From NCBI GenBank assembly GCA_963676915.2, contig CAXXVK010000012.1, positions 1 to 64,000 on the forward strand: 64,000 nucleotides of DNA, in the 5' to 3' direction. This DNA comes from Myxococcota bacterium. Lineage in GTDB: Bacteria > Myxococcota_A > SURF-8 > G963663525. Below the pieces are notes generated by a model that worked only from the letters and a program-made list of their open reading frames with translations, had not been told where the DNA came from and did no database searches. Made by a program: the position numbers and the translations under genes. Shown here in pieces: positions 21,810-31,827 of this stretch (positions are counted from its first letter, which is position 1; each line of letters starts with the position of its first letter).

Positions 21810-22865
21810 ATGACTGATATCCGAGACAACGAAAACACCGACGCCATTCCTTCGGGAGATGACGAATCCTTAGATCAAGCGTTGCGCCCTCGCCGCTTCG
21901 ATGAATTCGTAGGCCAGAAAAAAGCCAAAGGTTTGCTGCAAGTGTTCATTCAGGCGGCATGCAAACGTGGCGAAGTGCTCGATCACGTCCTACTCAGCGC
22001 CCCACCCGGCCTGGGAAAAACGACGCTGGCCCACATTATCGCCAACGAAATGAACGCAAACGTGCATTTCACCTCCGGCCCGGCCATCGATAAAAAAGGC
22101 GACCTGGCGGGATTGCTGACAAATCTTCAACGGGGCGACGTGCTGTTTATCGATGAAATTCACCGGCTGAGTCCGATGGTCGAGGAAAACCTTTATCCCG
22201 CAATGGAGGATTTCAAATTCGACCTGATCATCGGAGAAGGACCGAATGCCCGCAACTGGAAACTCAATCTCGAAAAATTCACGCTGGTGGGAGCCACAAC
22301 CCGCACCGGCCTACTAACCTCTCCATTGCGTGACCGGTTCCAGATTCCGTTGAGCCTTGAGTTCTACCCGGCCGAGGATCTGGAGAAAATCATCCGTCGT
22401 TCCGCAGGGTTATTGGGAGTCAGCGTTTCCACGGACGGCGCGGCGGAAATCGCCAAACGTTCACGGGGAACGCCCCGCATCGCCAACCGTCTTCTTCGTC
22501 GGGTACGAGATTTCGCCGAAGTCGAAGGAGATGGCGAAGTTACGCTGAAAATCGCTCGATACGCGCTTGAGCGCTTGGAAGTGGATGAAAAAGGTCTGGA
22601 CGAAAAAGACCGCCGCATCCTGCACGAAATCGCCACCAAGTTCGACGGAGGGCCGGTTGGACTCAAAACCCTGGCAACCGTCGTCTGCGAGGAAACCGAC
22701 ACGCTGGAAGATGTGTACGAACCGTTTCTCATTCAAAACGGCTTTCTCCAGCGAACTCCCAAGGGGCGGATCATCACTCGTCTCGCCTACCAGCACCTGG
22801 GTATGAAATGGGTTGCCAATCGACAGGGCGACTTGTTCGGTCCCGTACCCGAACCCGAGGACTGA
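21810..22865 (+). CDS. ruvB: Holliday junction branch migration helicase RuvB
   Basis: [64 protein letters not shown]. Confidence 0.97.
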   Translation: MTDIRDNENTDAIPSGDDESLDQALRPRRFDEFVGQKKAKGLLQVFIQAACKRGEVLDHVLLSAPPGLGKTTLAHIIANEMNANVHFTSGPAIDKKGDLAGLLTNLQRGDVLFIDEIHRLSPMVEENLYPAMEDFKFDLIIGEGPNARNWKLNLEKFTLVGATTRTGLLTSPLRDRFQIPLSLEFYPAEDLEKIIRRSAGLLGVSVSTDGAAEIAKRSRGTPRIANRLLRRVRDFAEVEGDGEVTLKIARYALERLEVDEKGLDEKDRRILHEIATKFDGGPVGLKTLATVVCEETDTLEDVYEPFLIQNGFLQRTPKGRIITRLAYQHLGMKWVANRQGDLFGPVPEPED

Positions 22866-22868
22866 CCT

Positions 22869-23691
22869 TTGCCCTGTGCCGAACCCGTGGTTTTCGAGGG
22901 CGTCGGCCTGCATTCAGGCCAACAAGCCCGCATTTCCATTGGACGTGCTGGACGTTCCCCCCGTTCGTGAAAGCAACTATTCTTTCGTTTCCCAAGGCGT
23001 CGAAATCCCCGCCTTGGCAACCTATGCAACGGGAGAATCTTTCCGAACGGTGCTGCAAAAAGACGGAGTCCGCGTGGAAACCGTCGAACACCTGCTCGCC
23101 GCGCTCATGTGCTGCTCGATTCCTTATGCTCGCATCACCGTGGAAGGACCGGAAATTCCCATCTTGGACGGTTCCGCTCGGGAATTCGTTCACCGTCTGG
23201 TAAATCTATCTCGTAAAGAGGACATTCCAACCGAAGAAAGCATTGTGATCCGCCAACCGGTCGAGGTTCGCAACGAACGGGGCTTCGCCCGCCTGGAACC
23301 GGCACCGAAGCTAACGTTTTCTCTATCGTTTTCAGCCGAAACACCCTTATTGGGCGGTCGTACTCTGCACCAGGATTTCGAGTCGGAAAACTGGCGGGAG
23401 AAAATCGCACCGGCAAGAACCTACGGACTGCGAGAACACGAAAGCTCCTTGCGAAACCTCGGATTGATCCAGGGAGTAAGCCTCGAAAACTGCCTCGTTT
23501 TCAGGCAAGGAAAGGTGGAAAACCCGGAGGGAATGCGCGGTACGAACGAACATCTGCGTCACAAGCTGTTGGATGCACTGGGTGATCTGGCGCTTGCGGG
23601 ACGCCCTGTGGTCGGGCGATTCGCTTCCCTCAATCCGGGTCACGCACGAACGCAATCACTTGTACGAAAACTCCTGCAACATCTCGCTTAA
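22869..23691 (+). CDS. lpxC: UDP-3-O-acyl-N-acetylglucosamine deacetylase LpxC, with a +1 frameshift near 22957
   Basis: N-terminal FEGVGLHSG lies in a different frame (stop at 22968) from TVEHLLAAL, EIPILDGSA, APARTYG and HKLLDALGDL; removing one C from C6 (22957-22962) joins them. Start uncertain. Confidence 0.85.
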
Positions 23692-23866
23692 CCCGCATTA
23701 TTAATGAAGAATCTACTACGACTTGAAAACTCTTGATCTTTCATTTGTTTCCCGATTTTTTATACTCAACATACTGTCAAGTATGCTTCCGTTAAAAAAT
23801 CACTCCAACTTCATGAAATATCTTCGGTTTTCGGCGTCTCGTGACGATCCTCATGAATAATGCGGG
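23692..23866. mobile_element. MITE-like element, 175 bp, CCC...GGG ends, flanked by TTAA
   Basis: TTAA|CCCGCATTATTAATGA ... TCATGAATAATGCGGG|TTAA (1 mismatch in 16 bp); AT-rich non-coding interior. Confidence 0.7.
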
Positions 23867-23981
23867 TTAATCAATCGATTTACTGAACGTTCATGCTTGA
23901 ATTTGCAGAATGTTTCATCCTATTTGCCGATCCGGTCATCGTCACATATAATGATTGCTAAATCCAACCTTGGAGGCGGAT

Positions 23982-24596
23982 ATGCTGATCATGACTATTC
24001 GCGGCTGGCTGGCCTCGTTTTTCATGTTGTTACCTGCATCGGTTTTCTTTGCGGGTTGTGAAGAAGAAGCGCGAGCCACTTACGGCCCCATGTCGGTCTG
24101 TACCACCGATGAACAATGTGTGGCGTGGTTCGATGAGGACTACTACTGCGGTGAAGACGGCTTTTGTCTCTGGAGCGGTGAATCCGAAGGCGACGAGGAG
24201 ATATGGAGAAGTGATAACGACGAAGAAGGATTAAAAACGGATAGTGACGAAATAACAACAAGCGCCGATAGAGACGAAGAACCCGCTTCCCGGGATCCCG
24301 ACGAAGACAGCTATGACATATACGGACCTCCCTCGTATTGCGATGATGACGCGGATTGCTATTTACTAGGATGGATTTGTGATCTGGAATCCAATAAGTG
24401 TGTTGCACCAGGAGAAGGTGACAATCCGAATTGCACGCAAGACAACGAATGCACCTACCGTTACGGAGAAGGCTGGTACTGCGATGACATCTCCGGGCAA
24501 TGCGTACCTCCTGGAGACGAAGACTATGATGTTTTGTATGGCCCACCCTCGGCAGATCGTGACGAAGACGAAATCGAGCATTGCGAATACGACTGA
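23982..24596 (+). CDS. acidic Cys-rich lipoprotein with repeated YGP(P/M) motifs
   Basis: GGAGG RBS; lipobox FAGC; three C-x2-D-x2-C...C...C units and three YGP motifs. Confidence 0.8.
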   Translation: MLIMTIRGWLASFFMLLPASVFFAGCEEEARATYGPMSVCTTDEQCVAWFDEDYYCGEDGFCLWSGESEGDEEIWRSDNDEEGLKTDSDEITTSADRDEEPASRDPDEDSYDIYGPPSYCDDDADCYLLGWICDLESNKCVAPGEGDNPNCTQDNECTYRYGEGWYCDDISGQCVPPGDEDYDVLYGPPSADRDEDEIEHCEYD

Positions 24597-24671
24597 GGGG
24601 ACTATAATTACTGACAGAATTGGAGACTTTTCGATCTAGCAAACAGGTAACGAACCCCAAGTGGACAACAT

Positions 24672-25343
24672 ATGAATATATCTATCGATCATCGGCCCGC
24701 CTACGCCATAGCAAAGGTACGACTGGAAGCAGGCGAAGCGATCCGTGCCGAAAGCGGAGCCATGCTGGCCATGCACGACGTAACGATTTCCACATCCTCC
24801 GGGGGACTTTTCAAGGCGGCAAAACGAAAACTTTTCGGTGGAGAATCGTTTTTCCTCAACGAATTCCATGCCGGTTCCAACGGCGGCGAGGTACTGTTGG
24901 CTCCCCAGCTTCCCGGGGATGTCGTGCAAGTGGATCTCGATGGCCGCTGGACCGTGCAAAGCTCCAGCTACCTTGCCGGCGACACGAGCCTTGACATCGA
25001 CACCAACCTGCAAAGCCTTACGAAGGGATTTTTCTCGGGTGAAGGGTTGTTTATGCTCGGTGTTCGTGGACGGGGCGCTCTGCTGCTGTCGTCGTTCGGA
25101 GCCATTCACGAGGTAGAAGTGGACGGCGAGTACATCGTGGATACCGGACACATCGTGGCTTTCGAAGAAGGTCTGGACTATCGTATCCGAGGCATGGGCA
25201 ATTGGATGTCCACGTTGTTTTCCGGTGAAGGGCTGGTCTGCCGATTCCAGGGTCGAGGACGCCTGTTGTTACAGACTCGACAACCCGAAGCGTATGGAAA
25301 ACGGATCGGACCTCTGCTACCGGAACGGAGGGAAGTGCGATGA
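24672..25343 (+). CDS. TIGR00266/AIM24-family protein
   Basis: AESGAMLAM, GGESFFLN, LAP..PGD, SGEGLF, VDTGHIVAF. Confidence 0.9.
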   Translation: MNISIDHRPAYAIAKVRLEAGEAIRAESGAMLAMHDVTISTSSGGLFKAAKRKLFGGESFFLNEFHAGSNGGEVLLAPQLPGDVVQVDLDGRWTVQSSSYLAGDTSLDIDTNLQSLTKGFFSGEGLFMLGVRGRGALLLSSFGAIHEVEVDGEYIVDTGHIVAFEEGLDYRIRGMGNWMSTLFSGEGLVCRFQGRGRLLLQTRQPEAYGKRIGPLLPERREVR

Positions 25344-26023
25344 AACACGAAATCGTCGGACAGCCGGACTTCGCCATGGTACGCCTGACTCTCGAACCGG
25401 GTGAATCGATCCGTGCCGAGTCGGGTGCTATGGTCGCAATGGACCCCTCTTTGGAACTGGAAACCAAGGCCAAGGGAGGATTGCTGGCCGGACTGAAGCG
25501 AATGATCGGTGGAGAGTCGTTTTTCGTCAATACTTTCACGGCCAAAGACCGTTCCGGTCGTCTGGACCTGGCTCCGGGCGCTCCTGGTGACTTACACGCG
25601 CTGGAACTTCGCGACGGCGAGCAATGGATGCTCCAGTCCGGTGCCTATGTCGCCGGTGGAAGCAATCTCGATGTAGACACCAAATGGGGCGGCGCTCGCT
25701 CGTTCTTCGGTGGCGAGGGATTGTTTATGCTGAAAGTCACCGGTCCCGGACCGCTTTTTTTCGGCAGTTACGGAGCGCTGGAACCTCTGGATATCGATGG
25801 GGAAATGGTGGTCGATTCGGGAGCGATCGTCGCGTTTGAAACAAGCCTGGACTACCGTGTGGAAACCGTTGGCGGACTGAAATCGCTGCTGTTTTCCGGG
25901 GAAGGGCTGGTCTGCCGGTTCCGGGGTAAAGGTAGATTGTACATCCAAACAAGACTACCTGCGCCGCTGGCGTCTTTCCTGCATCCCTTCCGTCCGGTCA
26001 AGGAAGAACGATCGGACGACTGA
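25340..26023 (+). CDS. TIGR00266/AIM24-family protein (tandem paralogue)
   Basis: Same motif set; ATGA overlap with the previous gene. Confidence 0.9.
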   Translation: MKHEIVGQPDFAMVRLTLEPGESIRAESGAMVAMDPSLELETKAKGGLLAGLKRMIGGESFFVNTFTAKDRSGRLDLAPGAPGDLHALELRDGEQWMLQSGAYVAGGSNLDVDTKWGGARSFFGGEGLFMLKVTGPGPLFFGSYGALEPLDIDGEMVVDSGAIVAFETSLDYRVETVGGLKSLLFSGEGLVCRFRGKGRLYIQTRLPAPLASFLHPFRPVKEERSDD

Positions 26024-26058
26024 TACCACCATTTCGCTACCAAGTATCGAAAACATCT

Positions 26059-26123
26059 CGCGGTCGGACAAATTTCTTACCTGACAATGCCAAGGTATCG
26101 GGCTAAAAATTAGCCCGACCTAC
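26059..26123. repeat. GTAG-type REP palindrome with a degenerate inverted partner
   Basis: Minus strand reads GTAGGTCGGGCTAA-TTT-TTAGCCCGA (26098-26123); a decayed inverted copy lies at ~26059-26086; located between convergent genes. Confidence 0.55.
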
Positions 26124-26159
26124 TACTGTTTCTCAATTCATTGGTAAAAAAGAATACCG

Positions 26160-28493
26160 TCAGACCCCGTTGGTTCCTGTTGCACCGCTGGAATTGTTAT
26201 CGGCCAATTCGGGAGTCGTGGAAGGTTCGTCGTCCTCTCCGTAATATCCACCTTCATAGCCGTAGACGTAGCCTTTGCCGTCCTTGCGTTTCTTTTTCTT
26301 ACCACCGTAGGTGTAGTAACCGTAACGGTAATAGTAGTAATGGTAGTACTGGTAACCGTACTTCTTGGACGACAGATCGAGGCTGTTCATCACGACGCCC
26401 AACATGGGACGATCGGCGTCGGTAAAGACTTTCACAGCCTGCGCCAACGCTCCTCGGGAGGTCCACCCGGCTTTGGCCACCATCGTAATACCGTGCACCA
26501 ATCGGGAAATCACCAAAGCATCAGATACGGCGATGACCGGTGGAGAGTCGAAAAGCAACACGTCGTAGACTTCGCAAAGTCGTTCCACCACCTTGTCGAA
26601 CTGCTCCATCTGTAACAATTCCGATGGGTTGGGCGGTGTGGGACCACAGGGAATGACATGCAGGTTTTCCACCGGACCTTGCACGGCGGATTCCTCGACG
26701 GTCGATTGATCGACGAGCAACGTCGACAATCCGACTTTTCCTTTCGGAATCTTGAAGACTTTGTGAATTCTCGGCTTACGCATGTCGCAATCGATGACGA
26801 CGACTTTTCGCCCCGCATTGGCCATTAAAATCGAAAGGTTGGATACCACCGTGGTTTTACCTTCCGAAGGCATGGCAGAGGAAATCAACAGCTTCATCGG
26901 TCCGGGTTCCCGGATCATGAAACCGATATTGGTTCGGATCGTTCGGGCCGCCTCCGAGAACGACGATTTCGGCATGTGGATTACATATTGGTCCACGTCG
27001 CTTTCTCTTCGACCGTCCTTGGGACGCTTGCTTTCCTCCAGATTGACCAACGGCAGAATACCGATCAGGTTCACACCAATCCGCTTTTCGATATCATCCA
27101 CACCCTTAATGGTATTGTCGGCAAGCTCGAAAAACGTAGCGACGATAAGAGCCAGAAGAAATGCGAAAAACGCCGTCGCTAAAGCAATGAGTTTTTTCTT
27201 GGGAGCCACGGGAATATCGGATACTACGCCGTAGTCCACTACATGCAAATTGTTCGTTTGCAACAATCCGGTCAACGAAGCTTCTTTTAAACGCGTCATG
27301 ACGAGATCGTACAGCTTTTGGTTTGTGTCCCATTCTCTCGTCAGGCGGTTGTAGTCGGATTCTTTCAGGCTGAGTTGGATCGCTTCGTCTTTGGCCAAAC
27401 GAAGTTGTTCTTCGAGAAGTCGCAAAGCGTTGACGGCTTCTTCCTTTTCCATTCGAACGCTCTGAACAACCGACATCGCCAGCGAATTCAACAGTTTCTT
27501 TGCTTTTTCCATACCATTGAGCATGGCAACCATGTCCGGGTGCTCATCGGTATAACGCTCCGACAAACGAGCGTAATCCATCTGCAATTTCAGCAACTGG
27601 TTTCGGGTGTCGCGAATTTCGGCGTTTTCTGAAAACTCCGTAATCATCGAATTTAGGTAATCATTTTCATCGAGGTCTTCGAATTTCTCGACTTTGGCTT
27701 CCAGTCGAGCAACACGCGCTTTCTGATCCGTAACTTCATCCATCAATCGCTGAATTCGTGTGGCATTGACACTGATATTGCTTTCGATGGCGGTGTTGAG
27801 GATTTCGTTTTCCCGTTTGAAATCGAACAGTTCCTCTGCCGAGTGATTCAGTTTTTCTTTCAGTTCGACCAGTTGCTTTTCCAGCCAACCGATGGCGTCG
27901 GTCGTCGAAGCCTGACGACGAATCAGGTTTCTTTCGAGGTAGATATCCGTTATGGCATTAACAATTCTTGCTGCGGTTTCGGGATTGCTGTGCCGGTAAT
28001 GAATTTTAACCAGGTTGGTATTGAGAACGGGAAATACCGACAGGTTGGCCGACAAAATTTCAACGACATTGATATTTTCGAGGATCTCTTTGAGTTTCTC
28101 TTGATCCTGTATTTCATCCAAACCTAAAAACGCCAAATCACTATCCAAATGCTCGCGTTCAATCACGCGCTCAAGGATGTCCCGGCTGGTAATGATGGCA
28201 TATTGGGTTTTCAGGTAGTTCCCAACTTTGTACCAGGAATCCGTGCCGAGAGATGTAACACCTTTGACGTCATCGAGAACTTTTTCTTCACTCAAGCCAA
28301 TCTCAATCGTACTTACGGACTCATACACCGGTTTCTTGAGGCTAAGATAAATCCCCCCCATCAACAGGACCATCAGGAACGTCAGCAAAAACGCCTGCCA
28401 CCGACTTCGAACGGCGGATAGAAACAATTCCAGGTTGATTTCACTGACAATTTGATCGACGATGGATTTCGTCGTTGTTTTCTGCATTTCCAT
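26160..28493 (-). CDS. wzc: polysaccharide co-polymerase / BY tyrosine autokinase (Wzc/GumC family)
   Basis: Two TM helices around a coiled-coil domain; SAMPSEGKTT, IDCDMRKP, PPNPSELL, FDSPP; Tyr-rich tail. Confidence 0.92.
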   Translation of the reverse strand: MEMQKTTTKSIVDQIVSEINLELFLSAVRSRWQAFLLTFLMVLLMGGIYLSLKKPVYESVSTIEIGLSEEKVLDDVKGVTSLGTDSWYKVGNYLKTQYAIITSRDILERVIEREHLDSDLAFLGLDEIQDQEKLKEILENINVVEILSANLSVFPVLNTNLVKIHYRHSNPETAARIVNAITDIYLERNLIRRQASTTDAIGWLEKQLVELKEKLNHSAEELFDFKRENEILNTAIESNISVNATRIQRLMDEVTDQKARVARLEAKVEKFEDLDENDYLNSMITEFSENAEIRDTRNQLLKLQMDYARLSERYTDEHPDMVAMLNGMEKAKKLLNSLAMSVVQSVRMEKEEAVNALRLLEEQLRLAKDEAIQLSLKESDYNRLTREWDTNQKLYDLVMTRLKEASLTGLLQTNNLHVVDYGVVSDIPVAPKKKLIALATAFFAFLLALIVATFFELADNTIKGVDDIEKRIGVNLIGILPLVNLEESKRPKDGRRESDVDQYVIHMPKSSFSEAARTIRTNIGFMIREPGPMKLLISSAMPSEGKTTVVSNLSILMANAGRKVVVIDCDMRKPRIHKVFKIPKGKVGLSTLLVDQSTVEESAVQGPVENLHVIPCGPTPPNPSELLQMEQFDKVVERLCEVYDVLLFDSPPVIAVSDALVISRLVHGITMVAKAGWTSRGALAQAVKVFTDADRPMLGVVMNSLDLSSKKYGYQYYHYYYYRYGYYTYGGKKKKRKDGKGYVYGYEGGYYGEDDEPSTTPELADNNSSGATGTNGV

Positions 28494-28925
28494 AGAAGTA
28501 TCCGGATTTCTTGTCTATATTTGCTTTTCACGATGAAAAAAGAGCTGACACAACTCCCTTTTCATTTTATCCCCTGCTTCCTACTTGTTTTCCCTTACGG
28601 TTCACACCGCTCGTTTCATTGGAAAAAGAGTGCGAAATCAGAGGGATTTTACATAAAACGTTCCCAAAAGCAATGCATGTTCGATAAATACATTGATTTC
28701 ACCATCATTTGTCAAGCTTGACAGGTAAAAAGATGAAGAAAAGGTTGATTTCCTCGTCATCTTTTCGGAAAAACCAAGCCGATTTCATCGATAGTTTTCC
28801 AAAACATGACACTTGATCCGCTCATTGCAATCAAATTTTCGCAAATATTCTGCAAAACAATCCATTTATACGAAAAAAGGCGACATATCTCGAAAACCCT
28901 GTTTTTCAAAAAACCTCTTGGAGTT

Positions 28926-30005
28926 TTACTTTTTCTTCTCAAGTAGAGTTCCGAAATCTGGGTAATAAATTTCTTCCAGTCCCAGTTCACGCCTCATTTT
29001 TTCCAACCATTGTTTACGGACTTTGTAGGGTTGGAACATGGATTTGAAGCCATTGAGAATGATCTTCTTCAACTCCAACAGGGAAAAACCGAAGGTTTCG
29101 TGCGCAAGCAGGAGTTCGTCCGTTATCGTGGTATCGGTAATCAAACGATTATCGGTGTTGAGCGTCACCCGAATCCCACGTTGCAGAAATCGCGGAAACG
29201 GGTGGGACTCGATGTTTTCCACCGCCCCGGTCTGCACGTTGGATTTGAGACACACTTCCAGAGGAATACGGTGATCGTTGACGTAATCGGCGAGATCGTC
29301 GTCCTCGTACAGGCGCGTTCCGTGACCGATGCGATGGGCGTGGTTGTAATGAATCGCCTGATGGATGGATTCCGCACCAAACGCTTCACCGGCATGAACG
29401 GTGCAATTAATGTTGTGATTGACGATGTAATAAAAGGCTTTGATATGGTATTTGGCCGGATTGCTGAACTCCGCCCCCGCCAGATCGAATCCCACCGCAC
29501 CACGCCCTTTGTACGAAGCAGTCAACCGAGCCAGCCGATAACTGATTTCCGGGCTCATGTTGCGAATTCCGCAGACGATCAACCCCGACACCACGCCGAA
29601 ATCCTCTTCTCCGCGTTTCAAACCCGCAAGCACCGAATCCATAACCGCCTGTAAACTCAAACCTTTATTGATATGCAGATTCGGCGCGAATCGTACTTCG
29701 AAATATCGAATGTTCTCACCGGCGCAATCTTCAACCAGTTCGTAGGCAATGCGCTCGAGCGAGGCTTCGTCCTGCATGACAGCCGTGGTGTAGGCAAAAG
29801 CTTCGAGATACTGGTTGAGATCCTTGCAACGTTGCCCCAGATGCAAATGCTTTTTTAAAGCCACCGGATCGCTCTCAGGTAGATCCACTCCCTGGTTTTC
29901 TGCCAGTTCAAGTAAAGTTTCCAAACGCAATGAACCATCGAGATGGACATGCAGATCGACTTTGGGTAATGCAAGTAAATCGTCTCGTTGCAGGCTTTCG
30001 GCCAT
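28926..30005 (-). CDS. add: adenosine deaminase
   Basis: LPKVDLHVHLDGS, FDLAGAE, TVHAGE, RIGHG, NTDN; start moved to ATG 30005 after AAGGAG. Confidence 0.92.
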   Translation of the reverse strand: MAESLQRDDLLALPKVDLHVHLDGSLRLETLLELAENQGVDLPESDPVALKKHLHLGQRCKDLNQYLEAFAYTTAVMQDEASLERIAYELVEDCAGENIRYFEVRFAPNLHINKGLSLQAVMDSVLAGLKRGEEDFGVVSGLIVCGIRNMSPEISYRLARLTASYKGRGAVGFDLAGAEFSNPAKYHIKAFYYIVNHNINCTVHAGEAFGAESIHQAIHYNHAHRIGHGTRLYEDDDLADYVNDHRIPLEVCLKSNVQTGAVENIESHPFPRFLQRGIRVTLNTDNRLITDTTITDELLLAHETFGFSLLELKKIILNGFKSMFQPYKVRKQWLEKMRRELGLEEIYYPDFGTLLEKKK

Positions 30006-30135
30006 GGAATCACTCCTTCGGGCATCCGGCAGCGAACAGGATGCACACGGAACGTGGACATAGGAGTTCCCATCATATAGGCTGAAACAATTGCTGGCAA
30101 TCCTGTTTCGATTCAAGCACGGAAAAAAACGCTTC

Positions 30136-31293
30136 ATGTCCATCAACGAAAAAACTCTCTTCTTCAGTATCGGCGAATCCTCCGGCGACCGTCTTGCCGC
30201 CGAAATTTTGCATGAATTCCAGACATTGGAGTCGAAAACAGGAAACAAAACGAGGACTTTCGGTATCGCCGGTCCGGCAACGCTTGCCCAGGGATTGGAA
30301 CCTGTCCGAACGCTTGACGATGTGGAAGGTGCAGGACTGGTCGAATTGCTGCCCGAGTTGCATCGTCTAACGAAAAACCTCTTGGATCTGCGTGGTTTGC
30401 TAGGACGAAACCTGCCGAACGCAGCACTGATGGTAGATGCTCCCGAGCTACAACGCCTGCTGCTCCCCATCCTTCGGCGTCGCCGCATTCCTGCCATCTG
30501 CGTCGCACCTCCTCAGGTCTGGGCCTGGCGCAAAAAACGTATCCGTTCTTTGCAGCGCTACGAAAAAGTCTTTTCCCTGTTTGAATTCGAAACCCGCTTT
30601 TTGCGAGATCACGGCCTCCCGGCAGAATTCGTAGGCCATCCGCTAGCCTATCGTCTCCCTCTTATTCAAGAATTGGAACACGACGAAAGCCGTTGGAATA
30701 TTTTGCTTTTTCCCGGAAGTCGCACACACGAGATATCAAGAAACCTGGCCTGGTATACCGAAGCGGCCAAAATTCTTCGAAAACAGGTGAAACGTCCTGT
30801 AACGTTCACTGTCGTTGTGACCGAAAACAAGCGGAAACTCGTGGAAAAATGGGTGGATCAGGAAACATTTACCCTGCTGGATCGCGACGAACTCGACGCT
30901 CGGCCTATCCATGCGGATCTTGCCTGGTGCAAACCCGGTACGAGTACGCTTGAAATCGCCTTAAGCGGCTTACCCATGGTCGTCGCCCATCGGGCGCATC
31001 CCGTAAGTGAGGCTATCGTCCGGCAACTGGCCACGGCTTCCCATTTTGCATTACCCAACCTGATTCTCGGTCGCCGCGAGACACCGGAACTGCTTGGACC
31101 AACCGCCACACCAGAGCGACTAAGCCGGGTTTCCCTGGACATTCTTCGTGACGCCCGGTACAGATGGAAGTGTCGAAAACAGGCGAAAACATTACGAGAC
31201 GCATTGACCACTCCAGGTCAACCACCGGCTCGGAAAATCGCCTCCTACTTGATGACTTTGCTTTATAATTTCGAGGACAGCTATGACATGTAA
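30136..31293 (+). CDS. lpxB: lipid-A-disaccharide synthase LpxB (divergent)
   Basis: GESSGD, PPQVWAWR, FVGHPL, PGSR..EI, GTSTLE, ALPNLI. Confidence 0.88.
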   Translation: MSINEKTLFFSIGESSGDRLAAEILHEFQTLESKTGNKTRTFGIAGPATLAQGLEPVRTLDDVEGAGLVELLPELHRLTKNLLDLRGLLGRNLPNAALMVDAPELQRLLLPILRRRRIPAICVAPPQVWAWRKKRIRSLQRYEKVFSLFEFETRFLRDHGLPAEFVGHPLAYRLPLIQELEHDESRWNILLFPGSRTHEISRNLAWYTEAAKILRKQVKRPVTFTVVVTENKRKLVEKWVDQETFTLLDRDELDARPIHADLAWCKPGTSTLEIALSGLPMVVAHRAHPVSEAIVRQLATASHFALPNLILGRRETPELLGPTATPERLSRVSLDILRDARYRWKCRKQAKTLRDALTTPGQPPARKIASYLMTLLYNFEDSYDM

Positions 31294-31807
31294 TTCCAAA
31301 CGAACGAACCCTGAAAAAAACTTTAACTCGTTGATATTTCAAATGTTTCTTGTAACACTGTGTTGTCTTGCATTTAGCGGCATCGGCTGCGATAAAACAA
31401 CATCCAAACCCGCCAAACCTCAGATTTCCATCACGACAAAGCCTGCTCCGGCACCGGGTCAGGGATATCAGGTCGCCGAGGATGTCCGCCCTAAAAGTGG
31501 ACAAAAAGTCGCCAGTTACAGCTACATGATGACGATTTCTTCGCCCAATCCACGGTCCACCGCCCAACGACTCAACGCCTCGTTTTCGAAACTGCTTAGC
31601 AACTGGCCGTCGCGTGGAATCGGCGTCAAGGAACCACTGGTCATCGACATCCCAGGTTCACACTACCACCAAGCCATCGAAATTCTTCAACAATCCGGGA
31701 AATTGAGCGTCAAAAGAATCAAAGCGCTGATAGACCCCAAACAAACGGGCTCGGTTCGCATCACATTGCGTATCGAACAAGCCGCAGCTACCAAACCTGC
31801 CCCTTAA
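31283..31807 (+). CDS. hypothetical lipoprotein
   Basis: Hydrophobic segment ending SGIGC; overlaps the lpxB stop. Confidence 0.65.
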   Translation: MTCNSKRTNPEKNFNSLIFQMFLVTLCCLAFSGIGCDKTTSKPAKPQISITTKPAPAPGQGYQVAEDVRPKSGQKVASYSYMMTISSPNPRSTAQRLNASFSKLLSNWPSRGIGVKEPLVIDIPGSHYHQAIEILQQSGKLSVKRIKALIDPKQTGSVRITLRIEQAAATKPAP

Positions 31808-31827
31808 ATCGCGGGAAAATCGATACG

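Noticed and set aside
22863-22970. The ruvB TGA stop is in frame with the lpxC N-terminus (GVGLHSG), suggesting readthrough or a fusion
   Set aside because: RuvB is complete before the stop, the position is not a conserved Cys, I saw no convincing SECIS, and a TTG start follows at 22869.
28710-28723. Perfect palindrome TGTCAAGCTTGACA upstream of wzc
   Set aside because: It contains TTGACA on both strands, but I found no convincing -10 at proper spacing and no second copy, so it cannot be assigned.
30006-30497. N-terminal extensions of add, rimM, hdrB, the kinase and the 2705 and 33224 genes in the ORF track
   Set aside because: Most overlap neighbouring genes; downstream starts with RBS and family-typical N-termini fit better.
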